DNA of 64,000 nucleotides from Macrostomum lignano (GCA_002269645.1 NIVC01003969.1:3285-67284); one strand, 5' to 3'; shown: positions 10,892-23,582, numbered from the stretch's first letter. Notes: generated from the sequence alone by a model not told the origin. Program-made: numbers and translations.

Positions 10892-13800
10892 ATGGCCAGC
10901 AGTTCAAGTCTGCTGGATGACTCCAGGGCTCAAAGCGGCTCTCACAGACGTTACGTAGCTCTGGCATCCCAGACTCAGTCAGATGCTGCTGCAAATGCCT
11001 CATCTTCTTCATCAACATTAGCTTCGGATGAAGATGAGGCACCGCTAGTTACTGAGCGGCATCAGCGTAGATGCAGCGGCGGCTCTGCATACGTCTCAGC
11101 CGGGTTGCTCTGCCTTGTGAATTTGTTAAATTATGCCGATCGAAGCACAGTGGCAGCTGTCTTGCACAGAATTAAAAGCAGTTTTAAAGTTGATTTCAAA
11201 GATTCTGGACTGCTGCAGACTTGCTTCATCCTGTCCTATATGATGCTGTGTCCGGTGAGTGTGTTGTGTGTGTGGAAGCTAAAATTGTTGTATTAGTAAA
11301 TTTTATAAATCACAATGATTAACAAAAATAGGTTTATTAAACCTCTAAACTGATTCTAAGAAATCGCTAAACTGGAATTGTAATCTCAATTGTTAGGAAT
11401 TGTAATCCTAACAAATTCTAAGAAGGCGTTACGCGGAATAAAAAAAGCATCAAGCAGAATCTCTTAACAGATTCTGAGAAATCCAAACGAATTCTAAAAA
11501 TACCTATTTACTGAATCTAAGAAACCTCTTGGAGGATTCCAAGAAAATTTCAACAAGTTCTAAGAAACCTCCAGACGGTTTTAGGAAAACCTCTAAATGG
11601 ATTCCAAGAAATAGCAAACTGGTTTTAAAAAACTATCAAAGCGAATTCTTAAAAATCTTAATTGATTCTAAAAAATACTCACAATGAAAATCTTTGAATG
11701 CATTCCTAAACGGGATTAAATAGGAATTAAACAGAAAAACTGTCAATCAGTAAAATGCCCTTTAAACTGCAGATATTTGGTTATCTAGGCGACCGCGGTC
11801 AACCAGGTCGTTTGCTATTCAGCCGAAAAGGCATCATGCTGCTGGGTGTCTGTCTCTGGTCTGGCATCACTTTAGCTTCATCATTTGTGCCAAACAGCAT
11901 GTTCGGCCTGCTGCTGGTCTCCCGCAGTCTGGTGGGTGTCGGCGAGGCCTCCTATGCCACCGTGTCTGCGCCCATCATTGCCGACCTGTTTGCTCACGAT
12001 GCCAGGACTTGGGCGTTGATCCTGTTTAATCTGCAGGTTTGTGCGATCGCTTGTGAAGCTGGTTAGTGATGCAGATTGTCTGGCTACTTCACCCCTGATC
12101 CTTCAGTGACCCCCTTTCTCTGATCCCTCAGTGAGACCTTCCACTGATCCTTCAGTGACCCCCTCCACTGATCCTTCAGTGACCCCTGTCCCTGATCCCT
12201 CAGTGACCCCTTTCCCTGATCCTTAGTGACCCCTTTCCCTGATCCCTCAGTGACCCCTTTCCCTGATCCCTCACTGACCTCTTTCCCTGATCCCTCAGTG
12301 ACCCCTTTCCCTGATCCCTCAGTGACCCCTTTCTCTGATCCCTCAATGACCCAATTCTCTGATCCCTCAGTGACCCCTTTCTCTGATCTCTCAGTGACCC
12401 CTTTCCCTGATCCTTCAGTGACCCCCTTTCTCTGATCCCTCAGTGATCCCTTCCCTGATCCCTCAGTGACCCCTTTCCCTGATCCCTCAGTGACCCCTTT
12501 CCCTGATCCCTCAGTGACCCCTTTCCCTGATCCCTCAGTGACCCCTTTCCCTGATCTCTCATCGACCCCTTCCCTAATCCTTTAGTAACGCTCGCTAAAT
12601 CTTGTATGGCAGCAAAAAAGATTACCGTCGATTAAATGTGAATATTTAAAAATGAAGTTCATTATGGCGTGCCGAATGCTGGCAACCTGTAATTATAAAA
12701 CACGCGTGTTCAGATTAGCGTCACCAGCTAAACAGGAAGCTCTGTCGCTCTGATGTGAAATTTGCATAGAATATTGTGCCAGTTTAAACTGCAGAAGGTG
12801 CAGAAAGTAGTGCTGGTCATACAGAGATGTGTGCCTGTGCGTATGACTGCGAACGTATCCGCGCGATTGTGTGCCTGGTCAGGAGAGTTGGCGGAATGGG
12901 CAGTAATGCCTCTTGCCGGTTGTCTCTCTTGTCTTTAATAAGATTGGTTGCTCAAAATGTGCCCATTTAAAAAGCCCCAAAGCCGATTTCTAAAATGGCA
13001 AATTACCCTGCATAATCGGCCTTCAAAAAAGCCCCAAACAAAACCCCAGGTGCCCTTCGGCACAGGCGTCGGATTCGTGATTGGCCAGCTGGTATCAGAC
13101 GCCACTGATAGTTGGAACTGGGCTCTGCGAGTCACCTCGCCTCTGGGTCTGCTCTGCGTCATCTTGCTGGCCGTCTGCTTTCGGGAGCCGCGGCGAGGCC
13201 AGTCCGAAGGACCCGCAGCCACGGCGGCGGCCGCTGCGGCGGCTATCAATCCATCCAGATGGTTGGACGATCTGCGAGCCCTGTCAAAGATTAGCACTTT
13301 TGTGCTCACAACGCTGGGATTGAGTTCGGTGTCCTTTGTGACTGGAGCGCTGGCTCTGTGGACACCTGAGATGCTTAGACTGTCTGTGCTCAGTAGAGGT
13401 GAGAAACTTCATTGAAAATGATTGTCCTTAACATTCCTAATTGCCTCCCCCACCCCAGACGGCAGCCAATAAGAATTGGACACCCACCCCTCCCCACCCC
13501 AGACGACAGTCAATAAGAGTCGGACACAAACACCTCTTCACCCACCCCAGACAGCAGCCAATAAGAATCAGACACCAACACCCCTCCCCCACCCCAGACA
13601 GCAGCCAATAAGAATCAGACACCAACACCCCTCCCTCACCCCAGACAGCAGCCAATAAGAATCAGACACCAATACCCCTCCCCCCACCCCAGACAGCAGC
13701 CAATAAGAATCAGACACCAATACCCCTCCCCCCACCCCAGACAGCAGCCAATAAGAATCAGACACCAACACCCCTACCCCCACTCCAGGCGGCAGCCAAT

Positions 13801-14459
13801 CAGAAGCGGGCAGCACCACGCTGGTGTTCGGCGTCTTGACGTGCTTGGCCGGCATCTTCGGTGTGATCGGCGGCACCGAGCTCGCCCGCCGACTTCGCCG
13901 AAGAACCGCCAGAGCGGATCCGCTGGTCTGCGCTGGCGGCCTGATGCTCTCGGTTCCGTTCCTAATGGCCACCCTGCTCACCGTCCGGTCCTACCTGGTC
14001 CTTGGCTACGCCTTCATCTTCTTAACTGAGTTGGCCCTCTTCACCAACTGGGCCCTGGTCACCGATATGTGCATGCGAGTCTGCCTGCCGAGTCTGAGAG
14101 CTACGGCAACCGGCTTGAGTCTGCTCAGCTCTCACCTGCTTGGCGACGCCACATCGCCCTACCTGTTGGGCCTACTAACCGACTGGTTTCGTGCCGGTGG
14201 GTCTGACAGCTATTATCGGCAGTTCATTGCTTTGCGACGGGCCATGTACCTGGGGCTGTTCGTGCTCGTCGCCGGGTCTGCAGCGTTTATGGCCTGCGCT
14301 ATTCGCTATCCGGAAGACTGCCGACGCGTGGCCAAGATCGAGGAGGCCGCCCTGATTGCCGCTGCTAACAATAGGTGTCTGGATGATGAGGACGATGGGG
14401 AGACTGGGAATGAGGGCGAGTCTGAGCGGCTAGTGGCTGCTGCAGCAACTGTGGCTTAA
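10892..14459 (+). CDS. SPNS1: Spinster-family MFS transporter, join(10892..11254,11773..12036,13050..13398,13789..14459), 548 aa
   Basis: Motifs LVNLLNYADRSTVAAVL, P|IFGYLGDR, SRSLVGVGEASYATVSAPIIADLF, VPFGTGVGFVIG, RADPLVCAGG and SHLLGDATSPYLLGLLTD. All three introns are GT-AG and in phase; the total 1647 nt is divisible by 3. Confidence 0.92.
12090..12580. repeat. 24-bp minisatellite (CCCTGATCCCTCAGTGACCCCTTT)n in Spinster intron 2
   Basis: About 20 tandem copies; source of the spurious TPFPDPSV ORF. Confidence 0.95.
13440..13800. repeat. 47-48-bp minisatellite in Spinster intron 3, homologous to the downstream intron/exon junction
   Basis: Unit CCCACCCCAGACAGCAGCCAATAAGAATCAGACACCAACACC; junction CCCACTCCAG|GCGGCAGCCAATCAGAAGCGGGCAGCACC. 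Confidence 0.9.
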
Positions 14460-14489
14460 GGAGTTTGATAATTTAGAAAATGAGATCAC

Positions 14490-15080
14490 AGAATGAAGGT
14501 TGCTATGATGCCTGAAGTGTTCCTGAGGGTTTTCCGTGTGATTCCTGAAGCTTTCCTGAGTTCTATGATGCCTAAAGCGTTCCTGAGGATTTTCCGTGTG
14601 ATGCCTGAACCTTTCCTGAGTTCTATGATGCCTGAAGCGTTCCTGAGGATTTTCCGTGTGATGCCTGAAGTTTTTCTGAGTTCTATCATGCCTGAAGTGT
14701 TCCTGAGGATTTTCCATGTGATTCCTGAAGTTTTTCTGAGTTCTATGATGCCTGAAGTGTTCCTGAGGGTTTCCATGTGATGCCTGAAGTTTTCCTGAGT
14801 TCTATGATTCCTGAAGTGTTCCTGAGAGTTTTCGGTGTGATTCCTGAAGCTTTCCTGAGTTCTATGATGCCTGAAGCGTTCCTGAGGGTTTCCATGTGAT
14901 GCCTGAAGTTTTCCTGAGCTCTACCGGTATGATGCCTGAAGCGTTCCTGAGGGTTTTCCATGTGATGCCTGAAGTGTTCCCGAGGGTTTTCCATGTAATG
15001 AATGAAATTTTCCTGAGTATTTTGTTTCATGCCTGAAGCTTCCCTGAAGATTTGTGCAACACTTGAAGTTTCCCTGAAGA
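14490..15080. repeat. Composite minisatellite (about 63-bp higher-order unit of TGATGCCTGAAG..TTCCTGAG subunits) just after the Spinster stop
   Basis: Alternating 30- and 33-bp subunits give the 21-aa periodic spurious ORFs. Confidence 0.9.
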
Positions 15081-15419
15081 TTCTTTCTTACATTTGAAGA
15101 TATGTTTATTTTGTGGCCTTAAAAGCCTCCCTGAAGATTATTCTCGTGCTAGAAAGTTTCTAGATATTAAAGATATTTTATTCGTATGATTTCTGAAGCT
15201 TTTATGATAATACGTGTTGTTTTTTTTCTTGAAAATTGTGCCAACTATCTCAACTGCCACAATCAGTCTATTGGCTTCATGGGATACTTACCTATTCAAG
15301 ATGTCAAATTTTTTTTCCTATCTATAATTGCTAATGTTTTGAATTCATGAAATTATGGCTTCAGTGCATACAGTAAAATAGAGATTTTTTATTCCATTTT
15401 TATTATCTCAAATAATGAT

Positions 15420-16170
15420 CAGGGAGAATTTATTCCCTCACTTAAGGATCTGGGAGAATTTATTCCCTTACTTAAGGACCTAGGAGTATTTATTCCCTCA
15501 CTTAAGGACCTGGGAAAATCTATTCCCTCACTTAAGGATCTGGGAGAATTTATTCCCTCACTTAGATAGGATCTGGGATAATTTATTCCCTCACTTAGAT
15601 AGGATCTGGGATAATTTATTCCCTCGCTTGATTAGGATCTGGGAGAATTTATTCCCTCGCTTGATTAGGATCTGGGAGAATTTATTCCCTAACTTAAGGA
15701 TCTAGGAGAATTTTATTCCCTCCCTTGATTAGGATCTGGGAGAATTTATTCCCTCACTTAAGGATCTGGGAGAATTTTATTCCCTCCCTTGATTAGGATC
15801 TGGGAGAATTTTATTCCCTCACTTAAGGATCTGGGAGAATTTATTCCCTCACTTAAGGATCTGGGATAATTTATTCCCTCACTTAGATAGGATCTGGGAT
15901 AATTTATTCCCTCCCTTGATTAGGATCTGGGAGAATTTTATTCCCTCCCTTGATTAGGATCTGGGAGAATTTATTCCCTCACTTAAGGATCTGGGAGAAT
16001 TTATTCCCTCACTTAAGGATCTGGGATAATTTATTCCCTCCCTTGATTAGGATCTGGGAGAATTTTATTCCCTCCCTTGATTAGGATCTGGGAGAATTTA
16101 TTCCCTCAGTTAAGGATCTGAGAGAATTTATTCCCCCACTTAAGGATCTAGGAGAATTTATTCCCTCATG
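15420..16170. repeat. About 30-34-bp minisatellite (AGGATCTGGGAGAATTTATTCCCTCACTTA)n
   Basis: More than 20 tandem copies visible. Confidence 0.95.
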
Positions 16171-16995
16171 TGCTTAACAAGATACGGAATTTACTGTATT
16201 GCGATACTTACAGAAAAAAGACACACACAACAGTATGTTTCGATTAGAAGGATATTATCTGTTCCCTTTTCTCAGTATTCTATTGTTCATCTCGATGTAC
16301 CAATCACCAGCTGTGTTTTTATCGAGCGAATCTCCGCTATGAGCTAAGCTAGTGTTCCTTGTGTTTTTTGTTTTACTGTTTTTCTTCTTCTCTATCACGT
16401 ATACTCGGTGCTGCTCTTGTTTACTCTCTGTACCAGGTTTGTACACCAATAGATTGATTAATTAATAAATTACTTACAACATTTTTATTATTTTAAACTT
16501 TCGAGTATGTGTTATTTATTTTTTAATAGAGTCGGGGGTGCTTCGATCCGTGCGAAAGCCAACCCCCGAGGCACAGGAAGTGTACACGTCTGACGATTAG
16601 AAAGTCAGGACCTTAGAATTAGAAAGTTGGTTAGACCCTAACGTCTTGGCTAGGGCTGGGTGTGAACTACTTACTAACCCAAGCCTATGGACTAAGGCAC
16701 CGCCAACCCAACAGTGGAATCAGGGACGGTGCTAGGACCGAGTCCACCCAGGCCACCACCCAGCAGACAAGTCCTTGGGAGTGCGCCCGAAAAATGGTTT
16801 AAAAAGCTTAAGTTTGCTACTTAAAGCGGTCCACTTAGAGTGCCAAGTTTAATTTTTAGTTTAGACGGCTCTTTCCGCTTATATTTTCTTGTCTAAAACT
16901 CCGCGTAATAATCCTACTTCTGACATCTTCCGCCAATAAAGCTACTAACATTAGTGACAATGGCTTTATTGTATTCCTTCTGTCCTACGGATTCA

Positions 16996-17220
16996 GGGGC
17001 CCTAGCCCAGTGGTTCAACGAGGCGCTCTCACATTAATAGTTTGGGGCTGAATTGGAATCTCGGCTTGGCTCTGCTCGTGCAATTAACGCCTATGACGAC
17101 CAACCCTTAAGGCACAGTAAAGTGTACATGCCTAACGAAAAAGGAAGCTAGGTAGTCGGCGGAATGGGCAGTAGTGCCTCTCACCGGTTGTGTGAAAATG
17201 TCACTTAAAGTGCACCAGGG
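16996..17220 (+). mobile_element. tRNA-derived SINE copy (same family as 2863-3143, about 12830-12935, about 21190-21265 and 50098-50330)
   Basis: About 77-nt tRNA-like head GGGGCCCTAGCCCAGTGG...GCTGAATTGGAATCTCGGCTTGGCTC with an A box, then a body ending GGCGGAATGGGCAGTAGTGCCTCTCACCGGTTGTGTG...TTAAAGTGCACCAGGG. Confidence 0.65.
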
Positions 17221-17406
17221 TTAAAAAAAATCCTACGGATTTCCATATCTGTCATGTAAACTATAGGGGGCAATCAAGTGTAGGCTGAGTTTTGATAAAA
17301 ACATTTTTTCCTTCGTCCAGCTTACGAGATTATGCTGTAACTCAATGTGAAATAAAACGACCCATTTCTGGCCAGCCATCTCTCCCTCTGCTGCCAGCTC
17401 GCACAG

Positions 17407-18180
17407 ATGAATCGGCTGCATCGCCTTCTTCTACCGTCGCTGCTACAGCGGCATCACCGGAGAGCCTACGGCATCCTGGACACACCGGAGCAGAAGACCG
17501 TCTATCCCAGCTTCAAGCGTCTCCTTGATGCGGCCACTTCGGCGTCCCAGCAGTCCGACAAAGATCAACAGTCTACTGAAGACTCCGACAGCGCCGAACC
17601 GTCAGATCGACTATTAGACGCTGTTCAACGTTACGACAGCGAATTTCGTAAATCAGTTGAAGAAACTGCCGCTCTGGTTGCTACGGCAATGTCGCCAGAT
17701 TTGGTAACTGCGGCTGTGTTGGAGTCGGCCAAGTCTGCCGGGCTGGTAACCGAGTCGAGAGCGGAACGATCCATCAGTTTGAGCTCGGATCCGTCTAAGA
17801 AGTTTCTGTTTTTGTCCGACTGTGTCCGGCGGTTGAATCGGCCAATTCCAAACTCGTTGCTGTCCGAGATCGCCACTGTAGGCGATGCAGTGGATTATTT
17901 CTTGCAACCGGCCGAGTTGCCTAAAGATCCGCTGAAACGGCTGGCCATGTCTGACGACCTGCCACCGAATGTTCACGTGCAGATTGATCCGCTGAGGTTT
18001 ACAGATAATCCCGAGTTCTTTGATGGTGTCGACGCTTATCCAGGCAGGGACACTTTGGTTACGCAGCCCTGGGCCAGGGCCAAGTACCGCAGCAAGATTG
18101 CTCCGCCGCTGAGGTCGCCAAGGTGGACTGGGGTTGGCAGGAATCCCGGCAGTCTGTCCGATATGGTTAATAAGAGCTGA
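17407..18180 (+). CDS. MRPL50: Mitochondrial ribosomal protein mL50 (257 aa, single exon)
   Basis: Arg/Leu-rich presequence-like N-terminus; KFLFLSDCVRRLNRPIPNSLLSEIATVGDAVDYF and DLPPNVHVQIDPLRF..FFDGVDAYPGRDTLVT..ARAKY match invertebrate mL50 as I remember it. Confidence 0.85.
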   Translation: MNRLHRLLLPSLLQRHHRRAYGILDTPEQKTVYPSFKRLLDAATSASQQSDKDQQSTEDSDSAEPSDRLLDAVQRYDSEFRKSVEETAALVATAMSPDLVTAAVLESAKSAGLVTESRAERSISLSSDPSKKFLFLSDCVRRLNRPIPNSLLSEIATVGDAVDYFLQPAELPKDPLKRLAMSDDLPPNVHVQIDPLRFTDNPEFFDGVDAYPGRDTLVTQPWARAKYRSKIAPPLRSPRWTGVGRNPGSLSDMVNKS

Positions 18181-18199
18181 TTGTCTTGATGAAGTCTGC

Positions 18200-18640
18200 T
18201 GTTCTCAACTCTGTACTCACCTGTCTCTAGATTTGTCTGTTCTCACCTCACCTGTCTCTTGAACTGTCTGTTCTCACCTCACCTGTCTCTAGACCTGTCT
18301 GTTCTCACCTCACCTGTCTCTAGACTTGTCTGGTCTCACCTCGCCCTGTCTCTAGACTTGTCTGTTCTCATCTCACCTGTCTCTAGACTTGTCTGTTCTC
18401 ATCTCACCTGTCTCTAGACCTGTCTGTTCTCACCTGTCTGTTCTCACCTGTCTCTAGACCTATCTGTTCTCACCTGTCTCTAGACCTATCTGTTCTCACC
18501 TGTCTCTAGACCTATCTGTTCTCACCTGTCTCTAGACCTGTCTGTTCTCACATGTCTGTTCTCTAGACCTGTCCGTTCTCACCTGCCTCTAGACCTGTCT
18601 GTTCTCACCCGTCTGTTCTCACACGTCTGTTCTCACCTGT
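18200..18640. repeat. 24-29-bp minisatellite (CTCACCTGTCTCTAGACCTGTCTGTT)n, probably in the MRPL50 3' UTR
   Basis: Tandem copies between the stop (18180) and the first AATAAA (18648-18653). Confidence 0.9.
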
Positions 18641-19612
18641 CCGTCGGAATAAAAAGTTCCTAACCATCTTGCGGACTTATAGTAAATTTTAACGTATGTT
18701 TTTCAAGTGTCTGCAGCATATTTGCTTGTCATCTTGTTGAGTTTATTTTTGTTTCTTCGTTGCTATTGACGCAAGCTGAATGCACACATTATTGCTTGTG
18801 CGACTTTCTGCTTTTTGTATAATTCGAGTCATTTAAACAGTTTTCTAGTTGCAAAGTTGCTCCAAGAAAACCGTGTTAAACTGTTCTCTAAATATGTAAT
18901 GGAAGTTTTCTGTAATTGTTTTCTAATTGTTCATTTTTTACACTATATTAGAGGAAAAAGGTGTCGAATACCGTGACATGATGCCCCAAACGTGCACGAT
19001 CTCGTGACAAGAATCGCTATAAAAACTCTCTAGTGGCTATAGGTTAAAAAGACTCTTGCGACTTTGTAACGACTCGAACGTGTCTATTGCAAGGCAGAGT
19101 CGTCCAATATTCATTGCGATGGCGCTTAACTTTTGGACACGCGTGGTACCTTGCTGGGGATTTACTAGTGGATTTACTGGTTTTAAATTTTGGTAGAATC
19201 GCTGCCACCAGGCTTCCTGCTTCCCTAATCCTATTAGTTTAGAGACAAAGGAAGAACTCAGGAAAACCAAATTATTTAACAAAAGTTTATATTTCAAAAA
19301 AATAGAATCCCGAATTCTAAGGAATCCCGAAAGCTAGCGATTTTCCCCCGCTCTAATTACTTTCCCAAACCTAAACTACTGACAGTAGGCAAAAAGCATA
19401 TCTGCTTCGCTACTAATTCCCCTTCCTAAAATACTACCCTACTACACTTTCTACTAATTAAGTAGGCTAGTTAGCGGGCAATTGGACATCAATAGGTCGC
19501 ACTATTGCCAATGATACTCATTCTAGCGTAGATCAAGTCAACTGTTACAGCTCTGGATTTTCTTTACTAACTTATTTCATCAATTTTCATGCAGGTTTGT
19601 GTCAGTTAGGAC

Positions 19613-20029
19613 ATGGAAGATCTCGGAGGCCGGTGTCACAAGTGCGGCTTCCACGGTCACTATTCGTTCCAGTGCAGAAACATTGTGAATGGAGCTGAGA
19701 TGGCTCTGGACGTGAGCAGCACGTCATCTGAGGATGAACCCGGCTCGTCCTTACAGAAACGCGACCGATCCAGGTCTCCTGTCCGGCCTAAAGAAGCGGC
19801 AGAGAAGCAGAAAAAGAAGCGAAAGGCAAAGAAAAAAGACGACAATAAAAAGAAGTTAAAAAAGAAAAAAGAGAAGAACAGGAAACGGTCGAGAAAGTCT
19901 TCAACCTCTTCGACGTCCTCGTCAAGTTCCAGTTCGTCTTCAGACTCGTCAAGCGATGCAAAAAAGAAAAAGAAGAACAAGAAGAAAGACAAAAAGAAGA
20001 ACAAGAAGAAGGATAAGAAAAAGAAGTAG
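19613..20029 (+). CDS. SREK1IP1: SREK1-interacting protein 1 (zinc knuckle plus Lys/Ser-rich tail), 138 aa
   Basis: CHKCGFHGHYSFQCRN CCHC knuckle followed by the LDVSSTSSED signature and a poly-K/poly-S tail. Confidence 0.9.
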   Translation: MEDLGGRCHKCGFHGHYSFQCRNIVNGAEMALDVSSTSSEDEPGSSLQKRDRSRSPVRPKEAAEKQKKKRKAKKKDDNKKKLKKKKEKNRKRSRKSSTSSTSSSSSSSSSDSSSDAKKKKKNKKKDKKKNKKKDKKKK

Positions 20030-20427
20030 CTTAGCGATGTTACGACACATTTTAGGTCTTCTTAATCATATGGCTTAATATTTGACTCAAATTCGTAATT
20101 GTAAAATTTTTTGTCAACTCAAGTGCTTAACACTTTTAAATATTTCTACTGGTATTGCTTTTGTCATGCTAAGTTTGTAAAACAGGCGTTCAAAGTTGAA
20201 AGTCTATAAAATAATAAAATAGGTTCGGTCATACACAACACGCAAATTTCTGACTTAAGAAACTCCAATAAAACGCAAGCATTTAGCACAAGCACACAAG
20301 CATCCAATTGTTAAACGAACTGATTAACATCAGTGCGCTCTACCAGTCTGAGAAATAATAAAGCTCTAAACACCGAATTATACCAATATTTATGGGCGTT
20401 AGCTCGTTTCGGCCCCATGCAACCCTG

Positions 20428-21062
20428 TTTCACCACCCGCTGAGACTGTCTATGGTAAAATCCCATTTACTCCAATGCATTCAGTTGGTTTCACCACCCG
20501 CTGAGACTGTCTATGGTAAAATACCATTTACTCCAATGCATTCAGTTGGTTTCACCACCCGCTGAGACTGTCTATGGTACAATCCCATTTACTCCAATGC
20601 ATTCAGTCGGTTTCACCACCCGCTGAGACTGTCTATGGTAAAATCCCGTTTACTCTAATGCATTCAGTCGGTTTCACCACCCGCTGAGACTGTCTATGGT
20701 AAAATCCCATTTACTCCAATGCATTCAGTTGGTTTCACCACCCGCTGAGACTGTCTATGGTAAAATCCCATTTACTCCAATGCATTCAGTCGGTTTCACC
20801 ACCCGCTGAGACTGTCTATGGTAAAATCCCATTTACTCCAATGCATTCAGTTGGTTTCACCACCCGCTGAGACTGTCTATGGTAAAATCCCATTTACTCC
20901 AATGCATTCAGTTGGTTTCACCACCCGCTGAGACTGTCTATGGTACAATCCCATTTACTCCAATGCATTCAGTCGGTTTCACCACCCGCTGAGACTGTCT
21001 ATGGTACAATCCCATTTACTCCAATGCATTCAGTTGGTTTCACGGCCCGCTGAAAATGTCTA
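20428..21062. repeat. 61-bp tandem repeat, about 10 near-identical copies
   Basis: Unit GGTTTCACCACCCGCTGAGACTGTCTATGGTAAAATCCCATTTACTCCAATGCATTCAGTT; period 61. Confidence 0.95.
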
Positions 21063-21887
21063 TGGCAAAGTCAGAAGAAAGCGGGGTCAAGGGGTCGCTA
21101 AGCCCCCTTTCAAAGGTGTGGGGCTCCCAGCACACCAGTACTCTAGAGAAAGAATGAAATCTAAGAAATTGTCTGCGAACTTATCAGTGGGCTTGTGTGC
21201 CTGCTCAGGGGAGTCGGCGGAATGGGCAATAAATGTCTCTCGCTGGTTGTGTGACAATGTCGCTTATTGGATGGAAAGAATAGGCATATCTAGGAAAGTC
21301 TATGTGTGTTAGCTTAGCTGCTTCTCGAGAATCTTTTTTATATTTGTTAAAAAGGTAAATAAATTTTTTCGTACGTAGTAGAAAAGTGAGTCTCGCGCAA
21401 TTTTGTTTGATACTGAATTCCAATGCTCTAAAATCTTCTTCCAGTCTGCGTAATTAATGCAAATTATCTATGACGGCAATTGCCTAAAGACAAGACGTTT
21501 CTATCAGTTCAATGTATTTCTTTACAGACTGACTGACTTTTGGAGAAAAAAATGGCAAAGAAAAAATATGAACCTTGCATGCTTTGTTGCTATTTTATAG
21601 GCCTTTTTAAGCTGTAAATATTATATTATAAATATATAATACGACGATAAGTATGCATCATTTTATCGGTTTTTACAATTATATGAATGTTGGAAAATTC
21701 TCACAGGAATCTAATCAGAAAACCGTTGGTTTGCGCCTTTAAAGTTATTTTTTAACTAGCTACCGTTATCTATATTATTAGATCATATAATCTTAGGCAG
21801 GATTGGGAATGTGCAGTACACCAGTTATAGGAGCAAAACTATGAAAAAATTGGTTATATTTTAAAGGAATTATTGTTCCTCGTTCCC

Positions 21888-23555
21888 TCATGCTGTCTCT
21901 AGAATCTCCCTCATGCTGTCTCTAGAATCTCCCTCATGCTGTCTCTAGAATCTCTCCTATGCTGTCTCTAGAATCTCCCTCATGCTGTCTCTAGAATCTC
22001 CCTCATGCTGTCTCTAGAATCTCCCCTATGCTGTCTCTAGAATCTCCCTCATGCTGTCTCTAGAATCTCCCTCATGCTGTCTCTAGAATGTCCCCTATGC
22101 TGTCTCTAGAATCTCCCTCATGGCTGTCTCTAGAATCTCCCCTATGCTGTCTCTAGAATCTCCCTCATGCTGTCTCTAGAATCTCCCCTATGCTGTCTCT
22201 AGAATCTCCCTCATGGCTGTCTCTAGAATCTCCCCTATGCTGTCTCTAGAATCTCCCTCATGGCTGTCTCTAGAATCTCCCCTATGCTGTCTCTAGAATC
22301 TCCCCTATGCTGTCTCTAGAATCTCCCTCATGCTGTCTCTAGAATGTCCCCTATGCTGTCTCTAGAATCTCCCTCATGGCTGTCTCTAGAATCTCCCCTA
22401 TGCTGTCTCTAGAATCTCCCTCATGCTGTCTCTAGAATCTCCCTCATGCTGTCTCTAGAATCTCCCCTATGCTGTCTCTAGAATCTCCCTCATGCTGTCT
22501 CTAGAATCTCCCCCATGCTGTCTGTAGAATCTCCCTCATGCTGTCTCTAGAATCTCCCCTATGCTGTCTCTAGAATCTCCCCCATGCTGTCTGTAGAATC
22601 TCACTCATGCTGTCTCAAGAATATCCCTCATGCTGTCTCTAGAATCTCCCCCATGCTGTCTGTAGAATCTCCCTCATGCTGTCTCTAGAATCTCCCCTAT
22701 GCTGTCTCTAGAATTTCCCCCATGCTGTCTGTAGAATCTCACTCATGCTGTCTCAAGAATATCCCTCATGCTGTCTCTAGAATCTCCCTCATGCTGTTTC
22801 TAGAATCTCCCCCATGCTGTCTGTAGAATCTCCCCCATGCTGTCTCAAGAATCTCCCTCATGCTGTCTCTAGAATCTCCCTCATGCTGTCTCTAGAATCT
22901 CCCCCATGCTGTCTCTAGAAGCTCCCTCATGCTGTCTGTAGAATCTCCCCTATGCTGTCTCTAGAATATCCCTCATGCTGTCTCTAGAATCTCCCCCATG
23001 CTGTCTGTAGAATCTCCCTCATGGCTGTCTCTAGAATCTCCCCTATGCTGTCTCTAGAATCTCCCTCATGCTGTCTCTAGAATCTCCCTCATGCTGTCTC
23101 TAGAATCTCCCCTATGCTGTCTCTAGAATCTCCCTCATGCTGTCTCTAGAATCTCCCCTATGCTGTCTCTAGAATCTCCCTCATGCTGTCTCTAGAATCT
23201 CCCTCATGCTGTCTCTAGAATCTCCCCCATGCTGTCTGTAGAATCTCACTCATGCTGTCTCAAGAATATCCCTCATGCTGTCTCTAGAATCTCCCCCATG
23301 CTGTCTGTAGAATATCCTTCATGCTGTCTCTAGAATCTCCCCTATGCTGTCTCTAGAATCTCCCTCATGCTGTCTCTAGAATCTCCCCCATGCTGTCTGT
23401 AGAATCTCACTCATGCTGTCTCAAGAATATCCCTCATGCTGTCTCTAGAATCTCCCTCATGCTGTTTCTAGAATCTCCCCCATGCTGTCTGTAGAATCTC
23501 CCCCATGCTGTCTCTAGAAGCTCCCTCATGCTGTCTGTAGAACCAACCTCATGCT
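21888..23555. repeat. 21-bp minisatellite (CATGCTGTCTCTAGAATCTCCC)n, about 1.7 kb
   Basis: About 75-80 copies, ending about 30 bp from the GT32 stop codon. Confidence 0.97.
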
Positions 23556-23582
23556 ATATACGCTGTACACTGCTCAGGAGCA

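Noticed and set aside
20428-21062. 61-bp array (and the 47-bp and 21-bp arrays) as CRISPR arrays
   Set aside because: Units are head-to-tail with no unique spacers, there are no cas genes, and the context is eukaryotic.
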